DNA of 64,000 nucleotides from Vicugna vicugna (GCA_013265495.1 MU062133.1:10146182-10210181); one strand, 5' to 3'. Counted from the stretch's first letter, positions 12,641-25,810 are shown. Notes: generated from the letters alone by a model not told the origin. Made by a program: numbers and translations.

Positions 12641-15600
12641 GAGGAATCAGAGGAGATGTCTGGATTCATCCACGAGGAGCCTGGTGCTGCCTTCTCGCTG
12701 ATTTCCAGAGTGGGCGCCCTGAGAAGGCCAGTTTGCTGGGCAGGGTTGTAGAGCATCCTCGAGTCCACCAGCAGGATGGACGTCTACACCAGGCCTGAGT
12801 CTCCACCAGTAGAAGGGTAGCTGTGGCAACAAAAGCTACAAGGCGTGTACTGAAATATCTTACAGAGTCACCAGGGCACCTGAATTATGGTTGCTAGAGA
12901 CCGATGAGGCCGTTGCCCAGATCCTGTCATTCTAAGGCTTGGCTGCACGATTCTCCCCAGGAAGGAGTCGGGGGTTACGTGGGGGCCACAGGCTCACACG
13001 TCGCCTTGCTGTGCTGTTCAGGTGCCCTGGCACCTGTGGGATCTGGGACTGGGACTAAACCGCATCCCCTGCGGTAGCTGGGATGAAGACACTGGTAGGA
13101 GACACATCACATAGGCGAACAGATCCCCAGCCAGATTTTACAGAGTAGCCATGATATCTTTTTAAAAGATGAAAAATGGAACCTTTAAAATGCAGTAAGT
13201 TTTCTCCCTCTTTGAGGGTGTGTATGTGTGTAGTGGGGTGTGCGAGTGTGTGGTCTTTTAAAAGAGCCAGGCCCGTGGGGCATGGTCCAAAGCCAGGAAC
13301 CCTGTGCTTTGACAAAGCACTGATCCGTGGTTTTGTTTTCTCTGTGGGAGAGAAAGGCCTTGCCCAAGCCCCCCATCGGGTGAAGGCACTAGTCAAGAAT
13401 GCAGTCCTAATTAAAACTTCAGGCAGTCAATAAACTACAGTTCCAGAGTGGACTGAAGTTCTCCTGATTTCATGCTCAGGCCTTTTGGAAAGGAAAGAAG
13501 AAAGAAAGAAATGGAGAGCTTAAGACTCCTTGCCCCGGGCTATTTCTGGTGAACCAGTTACTGGGGTTTTATATGCATTTTCACAAAGGGACAAATATGT
13601 GGGGCAGATGAAGTGGCTTTGCAGGGGGCTGGGTTTTGACATGCTGTGAATGGCGGTCTGTAATGGGGCGAGACTGGCTGCACTGAGCCATTACCATGAT
13701 TAAATCCTCATCTTCCTGGGGGCCCATGGGCTAGGGGTCCAGCTGTGTGCGGAACACAAGCATCCTGCCATCGTGTGGTCTGGGCAGCCTGTGCCTGTCA
13801 AGGCCTGGGGTGGGCGGGGGGAGTGACTTGTCCGTGGTTATGGGCTGTCTTCCCACCTGCCTGAGGGAGGATCTGGGAAGCAGGGAGCAGGGCTGGGCTG
13901 GGGCTGGCTGAGGACACTGATGGTATTGCCATAAATAAGACTTCACAGAGCTGATGGAAAACGCCATCCTGTGGCGTGGGGTCCTGGGGGCTAGCATGAG
14001 GCAGAAACTGGGTGTGAGGAAGGATTGAGGAGGATATGATTAATTCACGGGAGGAGACACCCTAAAAGGGGCAGCCTTTGAGTGTGGCCTGTGGAACAGG
14101 GCGTCGGGGAAGCAGTGAGGTGTGTGTTTGGGGTTGCAGGATCCGCAGGACCAAAGGCAGAGAGGCATGAAAATGCATGGTGAGCATCGAAGGCACATAG
14201 TGGCACGCTGGGAGATGACACTGGGGACTGGGTCAGGTTCTGAATGCTCCTGAAGGCCATCCCGAGGTCTGTCTCCTTCTGTGCATGTGAGTGATGGCAT
14301 CACATTAGGAAGGTGGGTCTGCTGAGTGGAGGCAGAAGCTAGGCTGGATCGGAGAAGAGTTTCCGGCTGTTAGGAGCCAGAGCATCCAGGTGGCTGTGAC
14401 AGTCCTGAACAGGACAGTGCTGATGGCCTCAGCGTGGAATCTGCAGGCCTGGGGCATCAGTGTGGGTGACGCAGGAAACAAGTCAACCTCAACTCCCAAG
14501 TTTGGGAAATGAGCTGCTGCTGCACGTAAATCAATTTTCTACTCCACTAAGTTTCTTCAGTTAAGCGCCCAAACTTAAATTAGCTCCTTTTGGAAGAAGG
14601 CTTCCTAAACAGTGACCGCTGAGCATCGCCCTCTGCCTTTTTTAAGCAGAGGAAGTAGAACATAATGTAACCACAGTCTGATGTGACTGTTGCTATGAGT
14701 AGTCGTAACTGCTCGTTCTCATGGGCCTCGAGGCCAGTCGAGGTGTTTGGGACCCCTTCCTTGCCCCAGCACAGGACAGCTCCAGGCTGTTACATCTAGC
14801 TACTTCTGGATTTTCTCTTAAAAAGAAAAAATAAAGGCTATTGTTTCCTCCCCATTCTTTCTTCCCTTCTTTGCTATCATTCTCAGTTGAACAGCTTTTG
14901 GAACCCTGGCACTCCTGCTAATTCTGATCTGCCCCAAGTGTTTCAAACCTCCAGCTCTTCTTAAAGTGAAGTATATGGCCGTTTGGATGGCCGTTTGCCT
15001 CGTTGATACTTCCACCTCCATAGCTTTACTGCGGATGACAGAGCCAAGCACACAGGGATGTCCTCGTACTCCTTTGGTATTATTCCCGCAGTGCCTGGCC
15101 CTCTGCTGAGCACATTGTCTGGACTCAGTAAACACCTCGAGATTTAAGAGAGGTAGATAGGCTTCTATCATTTTTCCCTCATCCAAGGAGTTTACCTTTC
15201 AGTCCCCTGTCGGCTGGTGTTACGAAGCCACGTTGCAGAGCCAATTTCCCCTCCCTTCTATGTGGTGTAAGTTGTTTGGCGATTGCCCACGGCCCTGTGG
15301 AACCTGCGCCTCCAGAGCAGAGTCACTCTGCCTTCCGCATTGTGGGTTTCGGCACCGAGTGCCGCGTGGAGACAAGCAGATGAGTCACAGGTGTGGATGT
15401 GCCGGGCGGCTCTTGTTCGCGGGACAAAGCCGCAGGTGTGCCTTCTGCGCTGGGAAGCAGGAAGAGGGGGCCTTGACAATTCGCAGGGTCTCGGGTCAAG
15501 TTCGTTCTGTGTAGACTTGAAAATGCTTTGGAGATGCGGCCAGGCTTCTGCAGCTGTGGAGAAAATGAGAATGATTTCTGCTATTTGCTGTCAGGGCCAC

Positions 15601-16427
15601 CGTTTAAGCCCATGTCTTGCTAGGTCAACGTGTTCATGCCCAGAGCTATAAATTAAAAAGAAAAAACTCCTTAGACTTTGGTGCCATCTCTTTGACAAGA
15701 AGCTGAGTCTGTTTATTCTCTTGCAGTTGCTAGGAGCATTGCAGACCAGAAGGGGATGGAGGATGAATGATTTTAGGAATATTTTCCAAGAGGAAAAAAA
15801 TTGCAAACACAAATCCCCACAGTCCAGAGAGTAACTGGTTTCCACCTCGTAAAGCTCATCGCAAGATCAAGACTCTGAAAATCAATCCCCCGCGCTATGG
15901 TTTAGCTGGGTCGCTGGCTTGATCGAAAGCCCTAGTTCAGTGGGATGTGTGGGCAAGGTGTGGTAAGGAGGCCAAGTCTATGCAAACCAGCATTGAATCA
16001 GTTACTTAAAACAACAGACTTGGGTGACACGAACAATTATCCTGACTAGCGCATCTGGGAGCAGCAGTTTATCTCAGAATCTCATTTAATGCCATGAGAC
16101 TGAGGTTGGTTTCTTGATACAGCAGATTGCAATTGCAAAACTCCTGCAGAATTCTGGTATTCTGAACCTCCTTCATCTGAACATAGTCCTTAATGATTTA
16201 ATCCCACTGTTGGATGAGTTGGGGGCATCCCTTTTGCTAGAGAGACTTGAAAGAAATCATTGTCATTTATATGGATGACATGGTTTTGTTTTCACAGATC
16301 CAGAAAGGGCCTAACAGAGCACAGGCTCTGTTGTCCAATTATTATCCTAAAGACGGCTGCTGAATAATTATTATAAACCCAAAGTCAACACTTCTGGGTC
16401 GTTCTCCAGCATTTCACTGACTTATCC

Positions 16428-17448
16428 TGTCTCAGTTCATATATTGCTGGGCAAAAATCCACCCCCAGATTTAGCATAAAAGAACAGCAGTCATTTATTT
16501 GCCCAGGATCCTGCAGTTCAGCAGGGCTCAGCCAGGTGAGTTCATCTCTGCTCTTCACGATGGCCACTGGGGTGCCTGGACTGAGGCTGGAAGGTGCGTT
16601 TCCAAGACGGCTCATGGATCTGGCTGTTGGAATGGAGCTCAGCTGGGGCTGTCGATCAGTGCCTCAGCTGTGGTCTCCCCGTGTGGCTGGGATGGGTTTT
16701 TCACAGCATGGTGGTTGGGTTCTGAGAGGACGTACCTTGAGTAAAAGTTCCCAGAGCACAAGCCCCACAGTGCAAGCACTTTTCAAGCTTCTGCTTCTAT
16801 CATGCTTGCTCATATCTGATTGGCTGAAACTAGTCACATGGTACAGCAGGCAGCACAATGACCACCCCTCCACCTCCCGCCAAGATGTCCAGATTCTAAT
16901 CCCCGAAAACTGAATGTTATTGTTACATGGCAATTGGGATTTCATAGATGTGATTAAGTTAAGGATCTTGAGATGGAGAGGTTACCCTGGATTATATGGG
17001 TATCTCAGTGTAATCACAAGGGTCCTTATAAATGAAAGAGGGACACAGGAGAGTCAGTGTCAGAGAAAAAGGTATGAGGACAGAAGCAGAGTTTGAAGTA
17101 ACACAGAGGTCGGCTTTGAAGATGTAGGAAGTGGCCACGAACAAAAGAATGCAGGCAGCCTCTCCAAGCTGGAAAGGTAAGGAGATGGGTTCTTACCTAG
17201 AGCCTCCAGAAGCCCCTGCTGATACCTTGCTGTTAGCCCAGTGAGACTCATTTCAGACTTCTGATTCCCAGAAACCATAAAGTAATAAATTTGTGTTTTT
17301 TTAAGCCACTGAGTTTGTGGTCATTTGTTACAATGGCAATAGGAAACTAACGCACATGGCCACGCCGAATCAGTGTGGGAGAGATGTTCACAGAGTGAAT
17401 ATGGGAGCTTTAGTTCACTTGGGGGTTCACCATGGTAACCGACTACCC
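16428..17448 (-). mobile_element. Older MLT1-type (ERVL-MaLR) solo LTR, split by an MLT1D insertion
   Basis: ggctcagccaggtgagttc...ggagctcagctggggctgtcg...gattggctgaaactagtcacatgg resumes after 17354 as catggccacgccgaatcagtgtgggag...gtaaccgactacc. Confidence 0.75.
16842..17354 (+). mobile_element. MLT1D-like solo LTR
   Basis: aagatgtccagattctaatccccg...gtgattaagttaaggatcttgagatgg...aataaatttgtgtttttttaagccactgagtttgtggtcatttgttacaatggcaataggaaactaacgca; perfect 5-bp TSD CATGG (16837-16841 / 17355-17359). Confidence 0.92.
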
Positions 17449-17659
17449 TCCCAATCAGGATATGTTTTACAAACCAGTATATCATGGGGTTTTCATCAGG
17501 AAGTTATCTTGCTCAAAGTTAAATATTTTGTGGGTGCCTTATAAATCACTTTTCCTGGTCAAGATGGACATTTAGTTATCTATGCTCTATAGTTATTTCA
17601 AACTAAAATTGTTACCACCATGCTGAATCTGATGCCACTTTAGGTTAGAATCAATCTAA

Positions 17660-19250
17660 TATTCTTTTTCCTTTCCCCAATTTTTACTCTGAAAAATTTA
17701 AACATAGAGAAAAGTTAAAAGACTAGTACAATGAATTTCTGTGTACACACCACCTAGATTCAATCATTGCTAATATTCTGCCGTATTTGCTTAATTTATA
17801 TGTGTGTGCATATCTGTCTGTAGATTGGTTGACTGATCTAGATAAATAGATACAGAGGTGGGTTTTTTTGTGGAGTCATGTAAAAAGTTTCAGACATCAT
17901 GACCCTTCATCCCTAAATACGTTAGCATGTGTCCTAACTATAGGGTCAGTCTCCTACATTACCACATTGCCATTATCACAGCTAAGAAAATTAATAATAA
18001 TTCCCCACTATCATCTGACATTTGGTTGGTATACCTTCATATTTCCCCAGTGGCCAGAAAATACATTTTTTATATAGCTTTTTTAAAAAAATCCATTCAT
18101 ACATAACATTTAGTTAATGTCTCTCTAGTCTCTTATTCTGAAAAAAACCCACACCTTTTTTCTCTTTTCAGGACATTGACTTTTTGAAGAGACCAGGCCA
18201 GTTGCATTGCGGGATATCCCACATCCTAATTTTGCTCAGTTATTTCCTCATGATGGTGTCTGACCTGTTCCTCTATCTCCTGTATTTCCTGTAGATTGGA
18301 AGTTGGGTTTTGAGGCTTGATTGGATTCAGGTTATATGTGCTTTTGTCAAGAATACACCATAGATGATGCTGTGTCCTTTACATGACCTCATACCCAGAG
18401 GCACATAATGTCAGGTGTCCCCTATCGGTGAAGTTAAGTTTAATCACTGGGTTAAAGGTGGTGGTCACATCACACCATTGCAAACATAGGCTTTTCCCTC
18501 TGTAATTGCAAGTAATCTGTGGGGTGATTTTTGGCCCTGGGCAAATATGCTTTTTGCAATAACTTTTTACCTACTGACTTCTGCATCCCTTGAGGACCCT
18601 TACCCAAGCTAGTTATCTCAGATGTAGAACAATAATTTTCTAATTTTGCCTTTCTTTCTATATTTATTGGCTGAAATCAGCTCCTCCTTGCTTTTAGGCA
18701 CAATATGTCCCAGACAGACTTTGTGTTTTCACTGTTCCAGACCTAGAATCAGCCATTTTCCTGAGGAACCCTGGTTCTTTTTAGTTTGGAATTTAAGACC
18801 AACATCTAGGCACTAGGAATGCTCATTCTAAGACCATTTAGTGGATAGAGCTGGGAAATACATTTGTTTAACAAATTATATGTTCAAATTCATATTTCCA
18901 ATTCAAATGAAATACTCAAGACTTTTTTCTTCTTGGTTTTGTTTATGTTTGTATCTCTTCAAGCTAAAATTTTGAATCTTATATATTAACATATTTACCT
19001 CTTTGTATATAATACGCATACACACATAAAATAGCTTTCCACTTACAAGACCCATATTATTACTAAGAGTAAAACTGCTGAGTGAAGTTTCTCTTTGCAC
19101 CTCTTTCTACCTTAGAGTATATCCTATTATGAAAGAACTGTGTTCGAAAGTCATTCTTTGTGTGATTATGTTATCCGTTTGATATACAGCTTCATTTGTT
19201 GAGATTTGTTTTGGATTACAAGATTTGAATTAAATTAATCCTTCTTAAAC
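17660..19250 (-). mobile_element. L1MC-like 3' region
   Basis: aaaaatttaaacatagagaaaagttaaaagactagtacaatgaa...ttttgaagagaccaggccagttg...gatgctgtgtcctt is characteristic antisense L1MC 3'UTR. Confidence 0.75.
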
Positions 19251-19259
19251 TAATTTTTT

Positions 19260-20490
19260 TGGAAAATGTTAAGTGTTTACATGGTTTAATGTTCAAAACT
19301 ATACAGTAAGAAGTAATAAGAAACGTTGATTCCATACCTGTCTTTTCCATCACGTCCCCGCCATTGGTAACCATTTTGTTAGCATTGGGTTTATCTTTTT
19401 TGTATTCACCCTCATTTCCCCTTCTTTCTTAGACACCACCAGCATAGCGTCTGTGCTCTTCTTCGCCTTGCTTTGTCTGCTTTTCAGTGTAGCCTTGAAG
19501 AACTCCCATATCAGTCCAGCAGGGCTGTCCTCCTCCTCCCTCAGGTGTGATGCTCCTTGTATCTCAGTGGACTCAGCCAGTCCCTATCCATGGGCTGTTG
19601 GGTTGTTTCTCATCCTTTTTTTTTTTTTTTTACCAACAATGCCGTAATAAGTAATCTCTAGCATGTGCTTTCTCATACGTGAGAAGGTGTATCTTCAAGT
19701 GGGATTGATTAATGGGTCAAAAGATTAAAACATACACAATTTCATCAGGTATGCCTAGATTCTCCTCTCTGGGGGCTGGACCATTTTTGCATTCCCCCAG
19801 TGATATGTGAGAATGCCTCGGTCTCCACAGCCTGAACCACAAAATGCTTGTCACACTGTTGGGTTTTTGCCAATATGATGAGTAAGAAATGGTATTCCAG
19901 TTTAGTTTTCATTTGTATTTATCTTATTGAGTAAGGTTGAGCATTTTTTCATAGATCTAAGGGCCATTTCCCTTTCTCTCTCTGTGAACTGAATACATCC
20001 TTTGTTTTTCTGTTATGCATTGGGCCTTTTTCTTCTCAGTTTTCAGGGCTTTTTCTAATATTAGAGATATAAGACCTTTGTCTCTGATATAGGTTGCAGA
20101 TGTTTTCCTTTCTCAGTTTTGCCGTTCATCTTGACTCTACTTAATGTATTTCACCATGAATTTGTCTTATTTTGACGTAGACAAATTTATCAATCTTGCA
20201 TTACCTCTGGATTTTAAGTCATAAATTAGAAAAGCCTTCTCCTCTCCCAGGTTATCAAGGAATTCACCCATGTCTTCTTCTAGTTCCTGTTTAATTTCAT
20301 TATCCATTTTGATCACTGTATCCATTTAGAGTTTATTCCAGTGAATGGTATGAGATATGGATTCAAATTTAGTTTTTTCCCAAAGACCATTCATCTTTCC
20401 CCCAAAGGATTGAGATGCCACTTTTATCATATGTCAAATTTTCAAATGGACTTGGGTCTACTTGCCAGTTTTCTGTTCATGAATCTGTCA
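19260..20490 (-). mobile_element. Old L1M (L1ME/MD-like) ORF2 3' end and UTR
   Basis: tttgcattcccccagtgatatgtgagaatgcc...aaatggtattccagtttagttttcatttgtattt...ttgagcattttttcata...ggtatgagatatggattcaaattt is antisense L1 ORF2-end sequence. Confidence 0.85.
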
Positions 20491-22366
20491 GACCTGAGAT
20501 TCATGAAGATCACCTTGACCCTCCTCTGGATAAAAGCACTGTGTGTCTCTGTCATGTCCTGACATTGTCTAGGTCAGCCCAACCCCATAGGGCAAAAGCT
20601 CACGAGTGACCGCTGAACCTCAGCATGGAGTGGCTGCGGTCCATTCAGTCAGACTGTGACGGACATCATAACAGACTCTCAGCAACCCAAACCACACCAA
20701 CAGCTTTGCTAAGGGCACCAGTACTTACAGAGCGGGTCTGGGGGATGGCCAGTGCATCTGGTCCTTTGGGGAATGAATGCTCTAAAGTTCTTCCTGGGTC
20801 ATGCTGGACACTTAGGTACCATATAGCAATCTAGACCATAGTGACTTCCATGGAATTGCTTTAGATGAACAACACTTTAGTGACTCATCATGGTCCTATA
20901 TTGAGGGATGTGCTAAGAAAAAAACCCTGTGAAACTCACGGGTGTTACTGAGCACTCACTCTGGCATTCTCTCTGGTTTTATCTTATTTCTCCTATATTT
21001 ATCCTGATCGCCTGACATTATTTTACTTGTATCTTTTTTAAAACTGCATCTTTGCAAACTGATTTGAAGTAGAGGGATATATTTCTGAAGGAGGAGGGAA
21101 GGAAGGAAGGGAATCACACAACACAGATGGTTTTGCGCTGCTGAAATATGTAAACAATGCGCCGCCGTCCTTGATTCCAGCCTAGATTTACTGCACTTTT
21201 CAAAGGAACCTCTCTTTGACAGGTTTACCTAATGCAGAAAAACACCTTTGCTTCCAGGTCAAGCAGCTTTCATCCTTTAAATCTTGTCATTTTAGATCAG
21301 AGAGGAATAAATGCAGAAGGATTTTAAAGGCTGATACAGGTTCAGACAAGTGTTTCAGCGTCTGAAGTCAGCTTGAGGCATTCGTGTTTGACTTCATTGA
21401 ACACGGCCACACCCCGACCCACCTTTGCCATCGTGGGCCTGCGCTGGAGTGGATGCTGCACTGCCCTGTGGACCAAACGTAGCCCTTTCTGCTGGCGTTC
21501 ACCACCATGCAGTCACTGTCTTCCTCTCTTCCTGACCCTTCTCCTTTGGTCCAGCAGCCCTTTGAACCTGTGTGTAAACGACACCACAGCTAGGAATTCT
21601 TGGCCGCCTCGTTCCCTTTAAATTCCCTTGCTCCAGTCTCCCCAGCCCTGGGCTCTGCTTGTATCTTAGGTGACAAAATCGACCTTGCTTTCCTGCTTCA
21701 TAAATTCGTTCTCCTCTCTCACAGGTTTGTGCCCAGAATCCCAGAGTTAGAACGGCCCTCCCTGACTGTCCTGTGACATCAGTCCTGTAGGGAGGGAGGC
21801 AGGTGGGTAGAAGAAGACCTTGCCCTTCAGTGGTGCTGACAAAGATGTCCTGGGCACCAGCACTCATGGTGCAGGCTCTGCAAGGGGCACAGCGAGGGGG
21901 GAGCCGTGGTTCTGAGACTGCTCTGGGGGGAGGCCCAGGGCAGCAGGTAAAAGAAACCTCAGAATTAAACTCCTGCCACCAAAGTGGTTTCTGAACCCCA
22001 AAGACTGCTGGTTCAAAGCATGCAGCTTCCTCCTGTGCTCTGCTACACTCGTCATCTTCTTCCCAAAGTGACGACACTGCCCTCTGCCTCCCCAGACGTG
22101 TCTTCCTTTGGCGTCTTGTCCTCCCATTCTTTTAAATGTTTGAAGGGAGAAGATAGCTTTGCTGATGTCATTGCTTGGGAGGTGCCTGCATTTGCTGCAC
22201 TCGGTCAGGTGTCCTTGTGAATATGAAAAGTCACCAGTCACACATCAGCCTGCCTTGTCTCCCGAACACTGATGACTGCCAAGGCTTGGACCCAGCCGAC
22301 CCTCCGTGACCCAACGTGCTCCCCTCAGTCTTGGCACTTAGGCCATTGTCATGTCAGTATTCCCTA

Positions 22367-22653
22367 CACAAAGACCCATCTCCCTTCTCTAAATATCTGA
22401 AATAGGCAAAGCTCTGGAAGTAAGAAATCATTTGACAGAAGAACCTGACTTAAACTGACATAAGGCCACTTAGAGTCCTTATTTATCCCAGTAAATGTAA
22501 ATATTCATAACTTTTGCTATAGAAATATTAATATGTCTGATTCTGGGGTGCTGTTCTAAAACCTCCTGGGAGAATCATGATATATGGCATTTGTATTCTA
22601 AACTCCAAAGTAGATCTGGTCCCAAGGACTTGGGATAAGGGTTTATGGAACTG
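22367..22653 (-). mobile_element. MER46C-like TcMar-Tigger element
   Basis: The reverse complement cccttatcccaagtccttgggaccag...cagcaccccagaatcagacatattaatatttct...gggataaataagg...tcagtttaagtcagg matches MER46C; TA precedes the left end. Confidence 0.75.
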
Positions 22654-22944
22654 GATAAAACCAGAGGCTCGAGATGCCTGTAATTTCACTCTGTATGACT
22701 GACAAGGTAACTCATGCAGAGAAGTGGCCCACGCCAGGTGAAAGTATATGATGCCCAAGACTGAAAATATCCAAACCCAATCAGTATACTAAGAGCTTCC
22801 TCATCCTTGGAAGATCCACAAGACATGCATGAAGGCTAGAAAAATGTCCCCAAATCAGAATGTAACTGGACATCTCGTAGACCCAATAATATGTCAATGC
22901 TGGGTGCTCCAGCAAGTTTCTAGAAATCTACTGATAATAAGATT

Positions 22945-23725
22945 TTAAATGCTTTCCATATGCCAGGCACTGTTCTAATTGCCTACTATGACTTACCTAA
23001 TCAAATCCTTGTGACAACCCTTTGAGGCATTAAATATCAATATCCCTTTAGAGATGAGGAAACTGAAGCCCAGAGAGATTAAATGCCTCTATTACAGTTC
23101 ATAAGCCAGAAAACAGAAACCTCTCTGGCTATTTAAACAGAGATTACCAGAGAGAACTGGGAGTTTCCAAAATCATTAGAAAGGCAGAATCTAGGTTCAG
23201 CCTCCAGGAATGATTCCCAACATGCACTGCAGAATGCACCATCAGGACTGCTGCTTCCGCAGGTGGGAAGGTTGGGAATCAGGACCCCACTATGGGAAAT
23301 ACCAGCCTCAGGACACCCACCTTCGCTGCCATCCAGGGACCAGGATGGGTCACCATGACTGTTGGCTTCCGAGTGGATATTCTGCCTTCCAACACACCCA
23401 CAAAGCCAGCGTCTGGTCTCCTAGCCTCTGCCTGGCAGGAGGAGAGTAGAATCTAAAGCCGTATGGCTCCCACCTCATTTCCGTGGCCTCTCAGATCATA
23501 TACAAGCCCATCTGCCTTGTAGAACCTAAAACACATCTGGGTCCCTGGAGGTACCAGGGAACATGCCATTTTAGCTTTCCTAAAGGCACATCAGGAGGAA
23601 GGTTGAATGGATGTCCATTGAGCCAATCTATGGTTTCGTACATTAACTTCTCAAAGATGACACAGGAGGTGGTACAACCAGGATTTGAAGCCAGACTGTC
23701 TGGCTCCAGAGACTAAGCTCTGTAA
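22945..23725 (-). mobile_element. MIR split by an LTR insertion
   Basis: First half ends agagatgaggaaactgaagcccagagagattaaatgcc (~23087); second half ...aagatgacacaggaggtggtacaaccaggatttgaagccagactgtctggctccagag resumes ~23650. Confidence 0.7.
23090..23650 (-). mobile_element. Old MaLR-type LTR (MLT1N2/MLT1M-like)
   Basis: agaaaacagaaacctctctggctatttaaacagaga resembles the antisense start of late MLT1 LTRs; it interrupts a MIR. Confidence 0.5.
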
Positions 23726-23924
23726 ATTTGACTGCCTCTCCATGAGCTCATGCCTGGCCTGGCTGGTCCCCCGTGACATGTATTCTCAGCACATCTCCAA
23801 CTGATCTATGTGTCTTTATGGCTCAAGGGGTGGGGGGCTCTAAAGCTAGACTCTGAATGTGGGGAGTGGGCTGTGATTAATGACATCCAACCACCATGGA
23901 TTATCTCCCTCTGTCCTGTACTGG

Positions 23925-24375
23925 CTGGGTGAGTCAGTTACCTATGAACCCCACAGTGCTATGCAACTAAGCCACCAGAAAACTCAGTGGCTTAAGACAA
24001 TAAACATCTAATGTTGCTCATCTAGTCTGCAGGATGACTAGTTCTTCTGGTCTTAGCTGGGTTCACGTGTGCCTCTGTGGTCAGCTGTGGGCCATTTAGG
24101 TGGCTCTGTTGTTTTGGCTGGCATCTCTCAGGCTTGGTTTCAGCTGACAGATCTCTGGCTGGGTGGGCTGGTCTCATCCTCCAGCAAACCCAGCCAGCAT
24201 GTTCTCATAGCAGTTCCTGAGAAGTGAGAGAGGAAGCGGAGATGCACATTTACTTTTCTAAACCAAGTTACATGGTCGTGCTCAGGGTTATGGTGGAAAG
24301 GGTACTACAAAGTTCCAGGACAAAGGGTGTAGATAGGGGAGGCCATTAGTTGGGGCCATTAACCTAAGGCACCAT
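23925..24375 (-). mobile_element. MLT1H/I-like solo LTR
   Basis: ccaccagaaaactcagtggcttaagacaataaacat...tcatcctccagcaaacccagccagcatgttctcatagcag...gggtgtagatagggggagg...ggggccatt. Confidence 0.8.
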
Positions 24376-25285
24376 ATTGAACCCCTCAGATGAGCCCATG
24401 CCCCTGGTGCCATGGAAAGCACTGTTTGGGTATTGGATGGGAGGCAGGGAGGGCCAAGCCTTCTGGAACTCCAGTGTCAAATGTCATGCAGAATTCAGCC
24501 TCCAGGGGCTGTCCTACAAGGTCCTGCATAAACTAAATCCCCTGTTCCTTTGGCTGGCTCAGTTCTGCGCTCAGGCCAGGCTGGCCAGCTGACTCAGAGA
24601 CACAGCCCTCGACTTGCAGGGCCTCTGCTTAACGGAGCCGCTTCTCAACAAAGACAGTCTTTTGACATCTCAAGCGGCATGTCTGCTTGCTCACCAATTA
24701 AAAGGCTCATGTCCTCAGTGTGACAAATAGCAGGGAAAACAATTCTGCAATTCAGGACACAAGTGGGGAGAACATGAGCAAGTTAATCAGGAATCAAGTG
24801 CCGGCCTTGTCCTCGGGCTTTCGTCCAGCCTCTCAGTGAGACCGCGCGCCTCTCCCAAGACTTCCTGGGTCGCACCGGCCAGGCTGCCCCCGCCGCAGGA
24901 TCATGTGAAGGGTCAGGGTTGTTTTTCCGTAGCTTAGATTTCGGCAGGCAGGTCTTACGTCTTCTTAATGCATATTTAATAACCTAACAGTGCTGCCCGG
25001 TGGCTGTGCTGTGGGGACAGAGCGGAGACCAGGGTCCCTGTGTAGCCAGACCCTTCTCTGCAGAACAGGAGGGGCTCCCCACGTGCCCGGGGGCCAGGGT
25101 CAGGTAGCAGTTCTGACAGCAGGAGACGCTCAAGAAAATAGGCATTCCTCTCATTTTTTTCATCTGGATCCATTTCCCTTTGAAACACAACTGACCCCCA
25201 GTGAAAGGAGAATTGTGTATTCCCTGGTTTGCTTCCCAAGAAATGATTTGAACTAAGTAAAAATAAATGAATGAATAAATAAATA

Positions 25286-25612
25286 AAAATAACAGCTTTA
25301 TTGAGAGAGAACTCACATCCCACACAGGTCACCCATTGCAGGTGCACAATTCAGTGTTTTTTAATATAGTCACAGATACGTGCAGCCNNNNNNNNNNNNN
25401 NNNNNNNNNNNNNNNNNNNNNNNNNNNNNNNNNNNNNNNNNNNNNNNNNNNNNNNNNNNNNNNNNNNNNNNNNNNNNNNNNNNNNNNNNNNNNNNNNNNN
25501 NNNNNNNNNNNNNNNNNNNNNNNNAAATGAATGGAGTCCTATAATAGGTGGTATTTTGTGACTGGATTCTGTCACTTGGCTTAAACCAAGTACATTTTTT
25601 CAAGTTTCATCT
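25286..25612 (-). mobile_element. L1MB-like 3' end (interrupted by a gap)
   Basis: aacagctttattgagagagaactcacatcccacacaggtcacccattgcaggtgcacaattcagtgttttttaatatagtcacagatacgtgcagcc...aaatgaatggagtcctataata. Confidence 0.8.
25388..25524. other. Assembly gap (N run)
   Basis: 137 N. Confidence 1.
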
Positions 25613-25619
25613 TTGAAGG

Positions 25620-25810
25620 CAGAAGACTCCTGGCTCCACCGCCACTTCGCTGTGTGAGTTTAGGCAAATGGCTTGACCTCTCTGAGCCTCGGTTTCCCCA
25701 TCTCATTACGGGGAGAGTTCCAGTGCTCACTCGCATAAAGCTCACTGGGTTAACACATGTGAAGGCTTCCAGCTCTGCCTGGGACAGTCTTCAGTAAACG
25801 TGATTTCTTA
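25620..25810 (+). mobile_element. MIR SINE
   Basis: ctgtgtgagtttaggcaaatggcttgacctctctgagcctcggtttccccatct MIR core. Confidence 0.85.

Noticed and set aside
12202-12768. 188-aa minus-strand ORF
   Set aside because: Lies within an L2 relic; it is a decayed ORF2 remnant, not a host gene
21499-22077. 192-aa minus-strand ORF
   Set aside because: No family similarity; ORFs of this length arise by chance at this GC content
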